This document shows, piece by piece, positions 1 through 9,421 of a stretch of 49,219 nt of DNA. A model generated the notes under the pieces. It was not told where the DNA came from and searched no databases. It saw only the letters and a program-made list of their open reading frames with translations. Source of the DNA: a virus (taxonomy: Duplodnaviria; Caudoviricetes); IMG/VR virus record IMGVR_UViG_3300036805_000110, positions 1 to 49,219 of that record. One strand, given 5' to 3'. The stretch's first letter is position 1; each line of letters starts with the position of its first letter. The position numbers and the translations under genes are program-made.

Positions 1-1269
1 GTGTGCGGTGATCATGTCCAGGGCGGTCGCCAGCAGCAGGACGTCATCAACGGTGGTGTTCAGACCGGCCGACATGCGTACCAGCCCTGGTATGGCGACT
101 TCCAGCCCAGCTCGACGGCAATCCGCTATCCGCTGGACCCGCGTTGGTGGGAGCTTGAGCAATTCAGCCACCAGCGGGTGGGCGCAAAAACAGTCAGCCC
201 TGGTGGCCACCGCCCACTCACAGGACAACACGGTGCCAACCTCCGCATACCCGATCCCGTCCACAGCGAACGGCACCACCGCGATGCGCGGGCTGCCTGC
301 CGGCCACATCCGGGGCAGCGACACACCATCGATGCCACCGAGCCCTGCGAGTGCTTTCTCGAGGATTTCCGCCTCGGCGACCGCGATCCGGTCCATGCAG
401 GCAGCCCGCAGCGTGTCACACGCGACGCCCAACGCGACCGCACCGACCACGTTGGGTGTCCCAGCTTCCTGACGGTCAGGCAGCGCAGCCCACTGCACAT
501 CCCCCACCCGCACGAAGTCCACGGCGCCACCACCGAGTAGGTACGGCTCGCCTCGCAGGAACCAGTCGCGGCGACCGATGACGAAACCGATGCCATACGG
601 GGCGTACATCTTGTGCGCCGAGCCGGTGACGTAGTCGATGTCATCGCTGGCCATGTCGATCGGCCAGTGGGGGGCCAGCTGCGCCGCGTCCAGCAGGACC
701 CGCGCGCCGTAGCGGTGGGCGAGGCTGGTCATGGCCGCGTAAGGCCACACCTCGCCCGTGACGTTGCTGGCGCCGGTCACGATGACCAGATCCACCTGCT
801 GGGCCCGCAGCGCTGTCTCCAGGACGGCAAGCTCCTCCTCGTGGCTGCCGGTGATGGGTGTGACCACCAGGTTGCGGCGTCGTCCGGGTAGCAGGCTGGA
901 GTGGTGTGCCGCTTTCGACACCACCACGGTCGCGTCAGGGTCTAGCGCGTTGACCATCATGTTGACCCCGTCGGTGGTGTTCCGTACGTAGATCAAACAG
1001 TCGTCGGGTCGCGCGCCGAGGAGCGCGGTGACGGGCTCCCGTGATCCCTCATAGGCAGCTGTGGTCACCTGGGATTTCAGTCCGGGACCGGAATGGGTGC
1101 TGGAGTACCACTCCATGAGCGAGTCCACAGCGGTTTTCACCACCCGCAGGCATGGTGCGCTGGCTGCGTAGTCGAGGTTGGTGTACCGGGCTTTCCCCCC
1201 GGTGACCAGGGGCACCCGCAGGTCGGCACCGATGAGGGATAGGTCGACGGTGAGTGATAGCGCGCTCAT
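1..1269 (-). CDS. Class V PLP-dependent aminotransferase / cysteine desulfurase-like enzyme (3' end runs off the window)
   Basis: Manual translation from ATG 1269: MSALSLTVDLSLIGADLRVPLVTGGKARYTNLDYAASAP...RNTTDGVN...TGASNVTGE...LLDAAQLAPH...SAHKMYAPYG (PLP lysine)...EAGTPN...TRADCFCAHP...VRMSAG. The frame stays open to position 1, so it is absent from the ORF track. Confidence 0.9.
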   Translation of the reverse strand, partial: MSALSLTVDLSLIGADLRVPLVTGGKARYTNLDYAASAPCLRVVKTAVDSLMEWYSSTHSGPGLKSQVTTAAYEGSREPVTALLGARPDDCLIYVRNTTDGVNMMVNALDPDATVVVSKAAHHSSLLPGRRRNLVVTPITGSHEEELAVLETALRAQQVDLVIVTGASNVTGEVWPYAAMTSLAHRYGARVLLDAAQLAPHWPIDMASDDIDYVTGSAHKMYAPYGIGFVIGRRDWFLRGEPYLLGGGAVDFVRVGDVQWAALPDRQEAGTPNVVGAVALGVACDTLRAACMDRIAVAEAEILEKALAGLGGIDGVSLPRMWPAGSPRIAVVPFAVDGIGYAEVGTVLSCEWAVATRADCFCAHPLVAELLKLPPTRVQRIADCRRAGLEVAIPGLVRMSAGLNTTVDDVLLLATALDMITAH

Positions 1270-1299
1270 GGCGTGAGCATCCCACCAGGGGGGTCTGGT

Positions 1300-1953
1300 G
1301 TGACCAAACGCAAGGGGCACAAGCTCAGCGCGGCGACGAAAGCGAAGATCTCCGCCAAGCTCAAAGGCAAGAAGCACCCTGGGCACAAAGGCACCCACAA
1401 AGGTCACCCGATGTCAGCGGCGACCCGCGCGAAGATCTCCGCCGCGCTCAAGGGGCGCCACACCGCAGGCCATAAGGGCCACGCGATGTCCTCGGCGACC
1501 CGCGCGAAGATCTCGGCAGCGTTGAAGGGGAAACACCACGCCGGGCACCCAATGTCGGCAGCGACCAAGGCGAAGATCAGTGCCGCGCTGAAAGGCAAAC
1601 CCCACAAGGGCCACCCGCTGTCCGCTGCGTCACGCGCGAAGATCTCCGCTAGCTTGCTGGCCCGCCACGGCCGCACAACCCCGCTGCATCCCGTCAACCA
1701 CACACCGGGGGCGAAGCGGGCACGGACCACTCACCACGGGACCAAGACCGGGGCGCACAAGCAAGCGTCGCTGCACCGTCCGGCGCACCCGAAGTCCCGC
1801 ACCGGTGGGCGTCGCGGGCTGATCTCCGCGCACACCCGGCGCCACCTCAAGGGGTTCCTGCACAAGGGGATTCGCCATCACCGTCACCGCCCGGTGTTGC
1901 GCCGCCGGGCGCGGGCCCACCGGGTGTGGAAGCGACGGAGGCGGTCACGGTGA
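1300..1953 (+). CDS. Highly basic Lys/His/Arg-rich protein with five NUMOD3-like repeats (putative DNA-binding protein)
   Basis: Five copies of GHx(M/L)SxA(T/S)(K/R)AKISAxL and an Arg-rich C-terminus. GTG 1300 follows a G-rich RBS (ORF track start 1273). Confidence 0.7.
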   Translation: MTKRKGHKLSAATKAKISAKLKGKKHPGHKGTHKGHPMSAATRAKISAALKGRHTAGHKGHAMSSATRAKISAALKGKHHAGHPMSAATKAKISAALKGKPHKGHPLSAASRAKISASLLARHGRTTPLHPVNHTPGAKRARTTHHGTKTGAHKQASLHRPAHPKSRTGGRRGLISAHTRRHLKGFLHKGIRHHRHRPVLRRRARAHRVWKRRRRSR

Positions 1954-2242
1954 GGTCCCCGATGGTCTCCGGGGTGTGATCCAACGGCTGGAGGTTCTCC
2001 GGCATCGGCTGGCCACGCCACTCATCACGATCGGTGATCAACCTGTCCACGTAACGGGGGTCCAGGCCGGTCGCCCGGACACCAACGAACTGGACCTCCC
2101 CACCGGGGTTGAGCCCAGACACGTAGGCCCACGTCATGGCCTCAGCGAAGGTGTCGGCTTCGGTGTTGAGCCCACCAAGCCACTGAGGCCCGTCAGGGTG
2201 GTCGATGTCGACGAAAGCCATGTGCCAGTAGGTCCGTGTCAT
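1847..2242 (-). CDS. Hypothetical phage protein
   Basis: ATG 2242 gives MTRTYWHMAFVD...GLNPGGEV with coding-like composition. The 3' end overlaps the basic-protein gene. Confidence 0.45.
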   Translation of the reverse strand: MTRTYWHMAFVDIDHPDGPQWLGGLNTEADTFAEAMTWAYVSGLNPGGEVQFVGVRATGLDPRYVDRLITDRDEWRGQPMPENLQPLDHTPETIGDLTVTASVASTPGGPAPGGATPGGDGDGESPCAGTP

Positions 2243-2275
2243 CCGATGATCGTAGGCAGTAACGAGGAGGAACCG

Positions 2276-2539
2276 ATGGCCAGCGAAGACAACGACGCCC
2301 ACCCCAACCCTGGGGCGGTCGGTCACGAGCACCAGGTGGCTGTCCACTCCGGGCATGACCAGGAGACGGAGCTGGAGCTGGCCCGCCGTGCCACCGCTGA
2401 GGGCCTGGTCGGTGACGGTGGCGACAAGGACCCCGAGGGGTACCCCGTCCACGCCGGGCACGCGCACGTCGCGGGTATCGACGGCCCCCAGGGTGGGGAG
2501 CCGGGCGCTGACGACGACACCGGCCACAACCAGGACTGA
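2276..2539 (+). CDS. Small acidic, His-rich hypothetical protein
   Basis: GAGGAGG RBS at 2264-2270 before ATG 2276 (MASEDNDAHP...). Confidence 0.65.
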   Translation: MASEDNDAHPNPGAVGHEHQVAVHSGHDQETELELARRATAEGLVGDGGDKDPEGYPVHAGHAHVAGIDGPQGGEPGADDDTGHNQD

Positions 2540-2547
2540 CCTATCGA

Positions 2548-2590
2548 GCGACGGCCCGACCCTCCCCTACTCCGGGGGTCGGGCCGTCGC
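2548..2590. terminator. 15-bp perfect inverted repeat (hairpin without U-tract)
   Basis: GCGACGGCCCGACCC (2548-2562) / GGGTCGGGCCGTCGC (2576-2590), intergenic. Confidence 0.55.
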
Positions 2591-2610
2591 CGTACCCAGG
2601 GGGGTGACCG

Positions 2611-3102
2611 GTGAGCACCGCTGACGCATGTGATCGGGAAGCGGCGTGGCTGTCGACGGCCGGTGATGGTCTGCCGACGCTGCCGGCCACCGCCGGTGGC
2701 CCCTTCGGGTTGGTCCAGGCTTACTGGCCCCGGACGCCCGGTAAGCGCAACGCCGGGCAGTTGTATGTGCTGCGCAGGACGATCGAGGAGAAGCGGTTCG
2801 CTAACCAGCGGCGCATGGCCACCCACCACCTGGTGCTCAAACTGGTCTGGCCGTTGACGTCGGGGTCCGGTAACGCTGAGGCCGATCAGCGGGCCTTCGA
2901 TGCGGCGATCGATCTGGTCATTACCCGCATCGGTGGGTTCATCGGTGACAAGACCCATGGTGGCCGGTTCCTGTCGGTCGCTGAGGGCGACCACTCCGGT
3001 GTGACGGTCCATTTCGATGACCCGGCGTCCACGTTGCCGCCGGGAGCGGAGTTCCGCGCGGAGATCATGTACTCCGCTGATGATCAAGACTTCACTGGCT
3101 AG
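2611..3102 (+). CDS. Putative tail completion/terminator protein
   Basis: 163 aa, located just upstream of the tail tube gene. Positional inference. Confidence 0.55.
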   Translation: MSTADACDREAAWLSTAGDGLPTLPATAGGPFGLVQAYWPRTPGKRNAGQLYVLRRTIEEKRFANQRRMATHHLVLKLVWPLTSGSGNAEADQRAFDAAIDLVITRIGGFIGDKTHGGRFLSVAEGDHSGVTVHFDDPASTLPPGAEFRAEIMYSADDQDFTG

Positions 3103-3138
3103 CTCGCTCCACCCCCCATTCCCACCCGGTGCCGCCGG

Positions 3139-3480
3139 GTGCTCCCGCGCGCTCCCGGAAGGCGAATCGCCGTGCTCCAACGAAACACCAGCGGATACCC
3201 CATCGAACTGCCCACGCTCGGCCTTGGTCGCCAGATCCACCCCGGTGAGGACTTCGACCACGAGGAGCGCCTGGCCGGGTTCACCCCGGTTGAGGAGCTG
3301 GACCAGGCCGACGACACCGACGCGCAGCCGGACACCGCCACCGAGCCCAGCAGCGACCAGGACGACACCGCAGCCAGCGACACCACACCGCAGCTCGATG
3401 CGCAGCCGTCACCGGTGCCAGTCGCAGTCGACTCCATCCCCGTCCGCGACACCACCCAGCAGCACGCCGAGGAGGCGTAA
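3139..3480 (+). CDS. Small acidic hypothetical protein (start may be GTG 3172)
   Basis: ORF directly precedes the tail tube gene. Its last codons (GAGGAGG) supply the RBS for 3484. Confidence 0.55.
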   Translation: MLPRAPGRRIAVLQRNTSGYPIELPTLGLGRQIHPGEDFDHEERLAGFTPVEELDQADDTDAQPDTATEPSSDQDDTAASDTTPQLDAQPSPVPVAVDSIPVRDTTQQHAEEA

Positions 3481-3483
3481 CCG

Positions 3484-4653
3484 ATGACCGCTCTTTCACG
3501 CCTCGCGCACCTGGGTATCGCTAAGGAAGCCGTGATCGGCACCTACCTGGCGCCCACCGTGTTCGTGCCGTTCACCAAGGCCGACTACGAGGACATGTAC
3601 ACGGAGATCAAAGACGAGTCGATCCGCGCGAACGACTCGGTGTTGCAGGGCATGTACCAGGGCCCCGTGGAGGCCGACTGGTCGATTGACCTCATGGCCT
3701 ACCCCGACGTCACCGGCCACTTCCTACGCGGCTCCATCGGCCCCGACACCGTGGCTGCTGGGGTGTCCACCACCGTGGCCACCGGTGGGTCATCGATCGG
3801 TGCCACCACCCTGCCGTCCACGGCCTCCATCCCGGCGCTGTCGTACATCAGCGTCGGTACCGGCGCCTCCCAGGAGTACGCGTACGTCTCCGCAGTGACC
3901 GGGTCCGGCCCGTTCAACCTGACGGTCACCACCGTGGTCGGTCAGGCCATCGGTTTGGCCAAGGCCCACATCGCGACCGAACCTCTCGTGTCCCAAACCA
4001 CCCACACTTTCAAGCAGTCACCGTCAGCGGCCAAGGCCACGTACTCCCTGACGGTGTACGACACCTCAAGCGGCACCCCGACGCTGGGGTATGTCGGTGC
4101 GGCGTTCTCCGACGTGGCAGTCAAGATCGACCCCAAGGGCTCGGTCAGCCTGAACACCAAACTCAAGGCACTGCCAGGGGTCGCACAGTCCACCCCCACA
4201 CCGACCTACACCGCGCTGCCGCCGGTACTGGGCTGGCAGTGGGTGATGACCAACTCCGGTGGCGCCTCCACCCGTGGCCTGTCCCTCGATCTGAGCATCA
4301 AGCGCGCCGTGGAGGCCATCCACTCCAGCAACGGGTTGCAGGCACCACGGGAGATCTTCCAGGGCGCCCTGGATGTCGACGGCACGTATAAGGCGATCTT
4401 CGAGAACCTGACGGACCTGAACCTTTACACCAACTACACCCAGACCCCGACTACCGCGACGCTACTGCAACCAGCGGTGTTCGGTGGAGCGTCACTGGCG
4501 TTGAACCTTTCCCAATCAGGGTGGTTCAAAGGAAAACGTGACATCGGCTCCGCATACGTCCAGGCGGCATTCAGCTTGGCCGGTATTTACAACGCCACTG
4601 ACGCCGGGTCGGTCAGCGCAGTGTTGAAGAACTTCCAAACGTCCAGCTACTGA
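3484..4653 (+). CDS. Major tail (tube) protein
   Basis: N-terminal LGIAKE motif typical of siphovirus tail tube proteins, beta-rich composition, upstream of chaperone and tape measure genes. Confidence 0.8.
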   Translation: MTALSRLAHLGIAKEAVIGTYLAPTVFVPFTKADYEDMYTEIKDESIRANDSVLQGMYQGPVEADWSIDLMAYPDVTGHFLRGSIGPDTVAAGVSTTVATGGSSIGATTLPSTASIPALSYISVGTGASQEYAYVSAVTGSGPFNLTVTTVVGQAIGLAKAHIATEPLVSQTTHTFKQSPSAAKATYSLTVYDTSSGTPTLGYVGAAFSDVAVKIDPKGSVSLNTKLKALPGVAQSTPTPTYTALPPVLGWQWVMTNSGGASTRGLSLDLSIKRAVEAIHSSNGLQAPREIFQGALDVDGTYKAIFENLTDLNLYTNYTQTPTTATLLQPAVFGGASLALNLSQSGWFKGKRDIGSAYVQAAFSLAGIYNATDAGSVSAVLKNFQTSSY

Positions 4654-4691
4654 GCTGGGTCGTCCCTTTCGAGCGCAAGGGGTGATCCCTG

Positions 4692-5171
4692 ATGGGTTAC
4701 GCCAACACCGTCGTGCATATGGACTTCTCTGACCTCAGCGAAGACCCAGTGGGCGATCCGATCTGGATTTCGGTCCGCAACTTCAAAATGATGAGCCCCG
4801 GTGAACTGGCACCACGGGACATCCCACTGGACGCTGACGGCAAACCGATAGACCCAGAGCAGGCACAGCAGGCCATGTATGAGGTCCTGGCTAAGACAAT
4901 CATCGGGTGGCGTGTGTATGACGCCAACTCCCTGGAAGTCGACCCCGAGACCGGCACCCCGCTACCAATGCGGCGACTGGAATCACCCCCGACACCAGCA
5001 CGGGTGGCGTGCCTACCCGTGGAGATCATCAACCGGCTGTCGGATGAAATGGCCAAAGCAGTAAACCCTCCCTCGGACTCGGCGAGCCCTACTACGAAGA
5101 CGTCATCCTCGTTGCCGAGTCCATCTACGACGGAACTTGGGGAGGCGCAGGGGCAGTCCCTGGCGAGCTAG
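4692..5171 (+). CDS. Tail assembly chaperone (gpG-like)
   Basis: Follows the tail tube gene and contains slippery heptamer A AAC CCT at 5063-5069. Confidence 0.75.
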   Translation: MGYANTVVHMDFSDLSEDPVGDPIWISVRNFKMMSPGELAPRDIPLDADGKPIDPEQAQQAMYEVLAKTIIGWRVYDANSLEVDPETGTPLPMRRLESPPTPARVACLPVEIINRLSDEMAKAVNPPSDSASPTTKTSSSLPSPSTTELGEAQGQSLAS

Positions 5172-5329
5172 TCGACTTCGAGTTGATGCGCCAGATGAGG
5201 TGGTCGTGGCCGGAACTCCGGGCGTGCCCGATTTACGTGCGCCGGTACGTGTGGGACTTCCTGGAGATCCGGGCACAAGCCGAACGCGACGCCGCCGAAG
5301 ACCAACGCCGGAGAAACAGCCATGGCTGA
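4692..5329 (+). CDS. Tail assembly chaperone -1 frameshift product (gpGT-like)
   Basis: The -1 frame from 5063 reads KPSLGLGEPYYEDVILVAESIYDG...ELMRQMRWSWPELRACPIYVRRYVWDFLEIRAQAERD...SHG, stop at 5327-5329. Confidence 0.7.
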
Positions 5330-5768
5330 GCTGCTACCTGGTGTCCTGCCGGCCATGTTGACGCGGATCGCAGCGGTCAGCGAAGTGAAGTCCCGATCGG
5401 CGCTGACTGCGGTCGCGTTGGCCGTGGAGAAACAAGCGAAGATCAACGCCAGTAGCGGTCAGCACCGGCGCGGCACCAAGACACCAGCGTCACGGGGGTC
5501 CGGTCCAGCCCGGATCTCCGGGACCTTGGTCAGGTCAATCACCCACACCCCCGCCGTGATGGGCCTGGGCGGGTGGGAGACCCGCGTCGGTGTCGCCGAT
5601 GGGTTGTTCTCGCCGTACAACCGGCGCACCCAGTCCAGCACCTACGGGAAGTATCTGGAAACCGGATTACGCGGCGGGGGCAAATACCCATTCCTCGGCC
5701 CGGCTTTCCACATGGTGTCCAGCATCTCGATTTACACGATTTTCAAAGCTGTGTTCTCGCTGGGCTAA
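5322..5768 (+). CDS. HK97 gp10-like minor tail/neck protein
   Basis: Motifs SGTLVRSI, YGKYLETG and KYPFLGPA resemble the HK97-gp10 family. Confidence 0.65.
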   Translation: MAELLPGVLPAMLTRIAAVSEVKSRSALTAVALAVEKQAKINASSGQHRRGTKTPASRGSGPARISGTLVRSITHTPAVMGLGGWETRVGVADGLFSPYNRRTQSSTYGKYLETGLRGGGKYPFLGPAFHMVSSISIYTIFKAVFSLG

Positions 5769-5771
5769 TGG

Positions 5772-8700
5772 ATGGGGGCTTGCCGGGTCATGCAACTCGA
5801 TGAGCTTTACATCCTGATGCGGTTGGACAACCAGCAGGTTAACGCCGGGTTCGTGGAATCCGGTGCCGCTGGTGACCGCATGGCAGTCCAGGTCGCGACC
5901 GCGATGAAGGAAATCGAAGCGTCAGTCGCGAAGGTCGCCGAGTCCACCCGCATGGTGACCACCGCCGGTGACGAGATGGCAGTGGCGTGGGAACGCGACA
6001 TCGCCGCGATGCGAGCCGAGACAGCCACCCTGGCTGAGGGCATGGCAGCAGCGGAAGCCAAGGCCACCGCCAGCACCGCTGAGATGTCCGCTGCCATGGA
6101 CGCCCAGGCAGCCAAGAGCACCGGTCTGGCTGGGGCACTGGGCGTCAGCAATAAGGCCCTGATGGGCGCTGGTGTCGTCGCGGCCGGTGCCGGCATCGAG
6201 TTCGCCAAGATGGCCGGTGACTTCAACATGGCCACCACGCGGCTAGTCACGTCCGCTGGTGAGACCCAATCGAACCTGCAAATGGTTCGTGACGGCATCT
6301 TGTCCATGGCGGGGTCGGTTGGTTACAGCTCCGAGGAGCTGGCCGCTGCGATGTACAAAGTGGAGTCCGGTGGCCAGCACGGCGCGGCCGGGCTCAAGGT
6401 CCTCCAGGCAGCCGCCCAGGGCGCCAAGGCCGAAAACGCGGACCTGACCACCGTGTCGGATGCCCTGACCAGCGCCATGGTCGACTACAAAGTGCCGGCG
6501 GATCAGGCGGCCACGGTCACCAGCAAGCTGGTCGCCGCGACCAGCCAAGGCAAGATGACGTTCGAGGAACTAGCCAGTTCCATGGCCGCCATCCTGCCGG
6601 TTGCCTCAGCGAATCACGTGTCGCTTAACGACATTCTTGGTGACCTCGCGTCAATGACGGTGCACGGCATGTCCGCGCAGCAAGCGTCACAGAACCTGGC
6701 CGACGCTATCCGTCACATGGCGGCACCGACGCAGGTGCAGGCCAAAGAGCTGGCCTCGCTGGGGATGAACGCCACCGAGGTATCCAAATCCCTGGGTGAG
6801 CAAGGGCTGTCCGGGACGATCAACACAATCTCGCAGCGGATCACGTCACAAATGGGCCCTGACGGCATGGTAGTCGTCAACCTGACTAACGCGCTCAAGG
6901 GAATGTCCCCGGCAGTGCAGGAGCTGGGTGCCAAAGTCCTCGACGGCACCATGGACCTCACCGGGTTCAGCAAGGCAGCCGGTGGGCTGGACGTCATTTC
7001 CGGTAAGCAAGCCAAATCGTTTGCCGCGCTGGCCGGAACAATGCACGGCATCGGCACCGAAGCGAAATCCGGGGCTGAGGTCTACCAGACCTACGCCGGT
7101 GCCATGCAGAAGGCGATGGGTGACGCTACCGGCCTCAACGTTGCCTTGATGATCGGTGGGGAGAACGCCGGCACCACCGCCAACGCCATCAAGGTCGTGT
7201 CCGGGGCGACCGCTGACGCCAGCGGCAACGTCAAGGGGTTCGCTGAGATCCAGCAGGAGTTCAACTTCAAACTGGCCGCAGCCAAAGACGGGCTCGGTGC
7301 CCTGGCCATCAGCATCGGAGAGAAGCTACTGCCGGTCCTGACCCCCCTGGTGGGGATGCTGGCGACCGGCGCCACCTGGCTGGCCAACCACCAAGCGGCG
7401 GCCACCACCCTGGCGTTCATCATCGGTGGTGTCCTAGTCGTCGGCCTGGTGGCCGCCACCGTGGCCACGTGGACATGGTTCAGCGCGCTGATGGCGACGA
7501 ACCTGGCGCTGATCGGCATCGAGGCACCGCTGTGGATCGTGATCGGTGTCGTCGCCGCGCTGGGGTTCGTGGTTTATGAGGTAATCCAGCACTGGCAAGG
7601 GGTCGCTGACTTCTTTAAGGGCCTCTGGAAAGACATTGTCGCGGTATTCCAGGGCGCCGTAGGTCTGATTATGGCCCCGATCCACGCCATCGCAAAGGCG
7701 TGGGACGACGTGATGGGCGGATTCCAGAACCCAGCGGCGACATTCGCTAAGACGGTCAAGGGCTTCGACAAGTTCTTTATCGAAGTTGGCCAGACCGTCA
7801 AAAAGGGCTGGGATGCCGTAGTCCGGTTCTTTAGTGAGTCACCGCAGAGAATGGCGGATGACATCGCATACGGACTCGGGCGGATAACCGGAATCATAGT
7901 GAGGTTTGTTGCGTCTATACCGCAGAAGATCACTAACCTGGATAATATGTTGGTGCAGAAGGGTAAAGATCTCCTCACCGGGCTGTTGCATGGCGCTGAG
8001 GATGGCGCCAAGGCGGTGGGCGCGTTCTTTGTGGCACTGCCGGGTAACGTGGTCCGCTGGGTTGGCAACGCCGGCAGTTGGCTATTGCAGAAAGGCAAGG
8101 ACGCACTAGTCGGGCTAGGGCACGGAGCCGAGGACGGCGCGAAAGCCGTCTGGGACTTCTTCACCGCACTGCCCGGCCACGTTATTGATTTTTTCAAGGC
8201 GGCACCTAGCTGGCTGGCCGATGCGGGCAAGAACATCCTCGTGGGCCTGTGGAATGGGTTCACCGGTTTCATCGGCACCATCTACGACGGGATCAAGGGA
8301 TTCATCAGCGGCATCATCAGCAGTTTCATGGCTGGCTTCCGCATGTCCTCACCGTCCATGGTGATGCACGACATCGGTATCAACGTTATCACCGGTTTGT
8401 GGAACGGTATGACGCAAATGTGGGGCACATTGTGGGGTTGGGTGACTGGAATCCCAGGCTGGATCATGGGGTTCTTCGGCAACTCGGCGACCTGGCTGGT
8501 CAGTGCTGGGTACAACGTCGTGGTGGGTTTGTGGAACGGCATTGCGTCCGGGTGGAGCTGGCTTAGCGGTCAGGTGTCCAACCTGGCCAGCTCACTGCTC
8601 GCCACGGCCAAGGGCGCACTGGGGATCTCCTCACCGTCGAAGCTGTTTGCCACTGAGGTCGGTGCGTGGATCGCACCCGGTCTCGCTGAGGGCATCGCAG

Positions 8701-8987
8701 CGACCACCAAGGTGGCCACCGGTGCGGCAACCAAGCTGGCCCAGGACGTCACCAAAGCGGCTCAGGGCACGACGGTGGGTGGCCTGGCAGTCGGCACTAG
8801 CGGTGCCGGCGCCATGTTCGCCCTCGGCGGTGCCGCCGGTGCCGGTGCCGGTGGGGGAGTGAATATCCACCTCAACGTCAACGGCAGCGTGTGGTCCACC
8901 GGTGACCTGGTGAAGGAAGTCCAGCAAGCGATGCTGCGCCACGGCATCCGCAATAACAATCCCGGAATCAATTACACCTACGCCTGA
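5772..8987 (+). CDS. Tape measure protein (TP901-like core; start may be ATG 5790)
   Basis: 1071 aa Ala/Gly-rich helical protein with TMP core, central hydrophobic segment, periodic W/F repeats and LGISSPSKLF C-terminal motif. Confidence 0.93.
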   Translation: MGACRVMQLDELYILMRLDNQQVNAGFVESGAAGDRMAVQVATAMKEIEASVAKVAESTRMVTTAGDEMAVAWERDIAAMRAETATLAEGMAAAEAKATASTAEMSAAMDAQAAKSTGLAGALGVSNKALMGAGVVAAGAGIEFAKMAGDFNMATTRLVTSAGETQSNLQMVRDGILSMAGSVGYSSEELAAAMYKVESGGQHGAAGLKVLQAAAQGAKAENADLTTVSDALTSAMVDYKVPADQAATVTSKLVAATSQGKMTFEELASSMAAILPVASANHVSLNDILGDLASMTVHGMSAQQASQNLADAIRHMAAPTQVQAKELASLGMNATEVSKSLGEQGLSGTINTISQRITSQMGPDGMVVVNLTNALKGMSPAVQELGAKVLDGTMDLTGFSKAAGGLDVISGKQAKSFAALAGTMHGIGTEAKSGAEVYQTYAGAMQKAMGDATGLNVALMIGGENAGTTANAIKVVSGATADASGNVKGFAEIQQEFNFKLAAAKDGLGALAISIGEKLLPVLTPLVGMLATGATWLANHQAAATTLAFIIGGVLVVGLVAATVATWTWFSALMATNLALIGIEAPLWIVIGVVAALGFVVYEVIQHWQGVADFFKGLWKDIVAVFQGAVGLIMAPIHAIAKAWDDVMGGFQNPAATFAKTVKGFDKFFIEVGQTVKKGWDAVVRFFSESPQRMADDIAYGLGRITGIIVRFVASIPQKITNLDNMLVQKGKDLLTGLLHGAEDGAKAVGAFFVALPGNVVRWVGNAGSWLLQKGKDALVGLGHGAEDGAKAVWDFFTALPGHVIDFFKAAPSWLADAGKNILVGLWNGFTGFIGTIYDGIKGFISGIISSFMAGFRMSSPSMVMHDIGINVITGLWNGMTQMWGTLWGWVTGIPGWIMGFFGNSATWLVSAGYNVVVGLWNGIASGWSWLSGQVSNLASSLLATAKGALGISSPSKLFATEVGAWIAPGLAEGIAATTKVATGAATKLAQDVTKAAQGTTVGGLAVGTSGAGAMFALGGAAGAGAGGGVNIHLNVNGSVWSTGDLVKEVQQAMLRHGIRNNNPGINYTYA

Positions 8988-9034
8988 CCATTCCAGGCCC
9001 TGGTTCCCGTTACCGATAGAGGAGTCGATTCACC

Positions 9035-9421
9035 ATGCCCATTATTCACCTGGGTAATTCCCAGGCCGTCCATCACGTGGTCGGTGCGTCCGGGGAGGCG
9101 GAGCGGACACCACTGGAAGGCGACCAGGTCACGGAGATCAACCTGCCTGACGGGGTGTACACGCTGCGGGAGCAGATCCGCACGGTCACCCACCGCGATG
9201 GGATTTGGCCCGCGCATTCCGACGCCGACCGCCCCTCGTGGGTCCACTGCTCGGACCCCGAGCTGGAGGCCGCGCTGATGGATTACTGGGGGTGCCGTGC
9301 CGGCGGCCCCGATGACTTCATGCACCGGCTCGATGAGCTGCACCTTGTGCCGCGCCGCGACCCGGCGCCGTCGTCCGAGCTGACCGAGGGCCCTGACAGC
9401 AGCGAAGGGGGCGATGCGTGA
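9035..9421 (+). CDS. Hypothetical protein in tail module
   Basis: GAGGAG RBS. Overlaps the next gene (GTGA). Confidence 0.65.
   Translation: MPIIHLGNSQAVHHVVGASGEAERTPLEGDQVTEINLPDGVYTLREQIRTVTHRDGIWPAHSDADRPSWVHCSDPELEAALMDYWGCRAGGPDDFMHRLDELHLVPRRDPAPSSELTEGPDSSEGGDA

Noticed and set aside
1-991. ORF-track calls 1..540, 8..472, 126..644, 613..891 and 758..991
   Set aside because: Shadows or off-frame ORFs of the PLP enzyme gene on the minus strand (1269 to <1).
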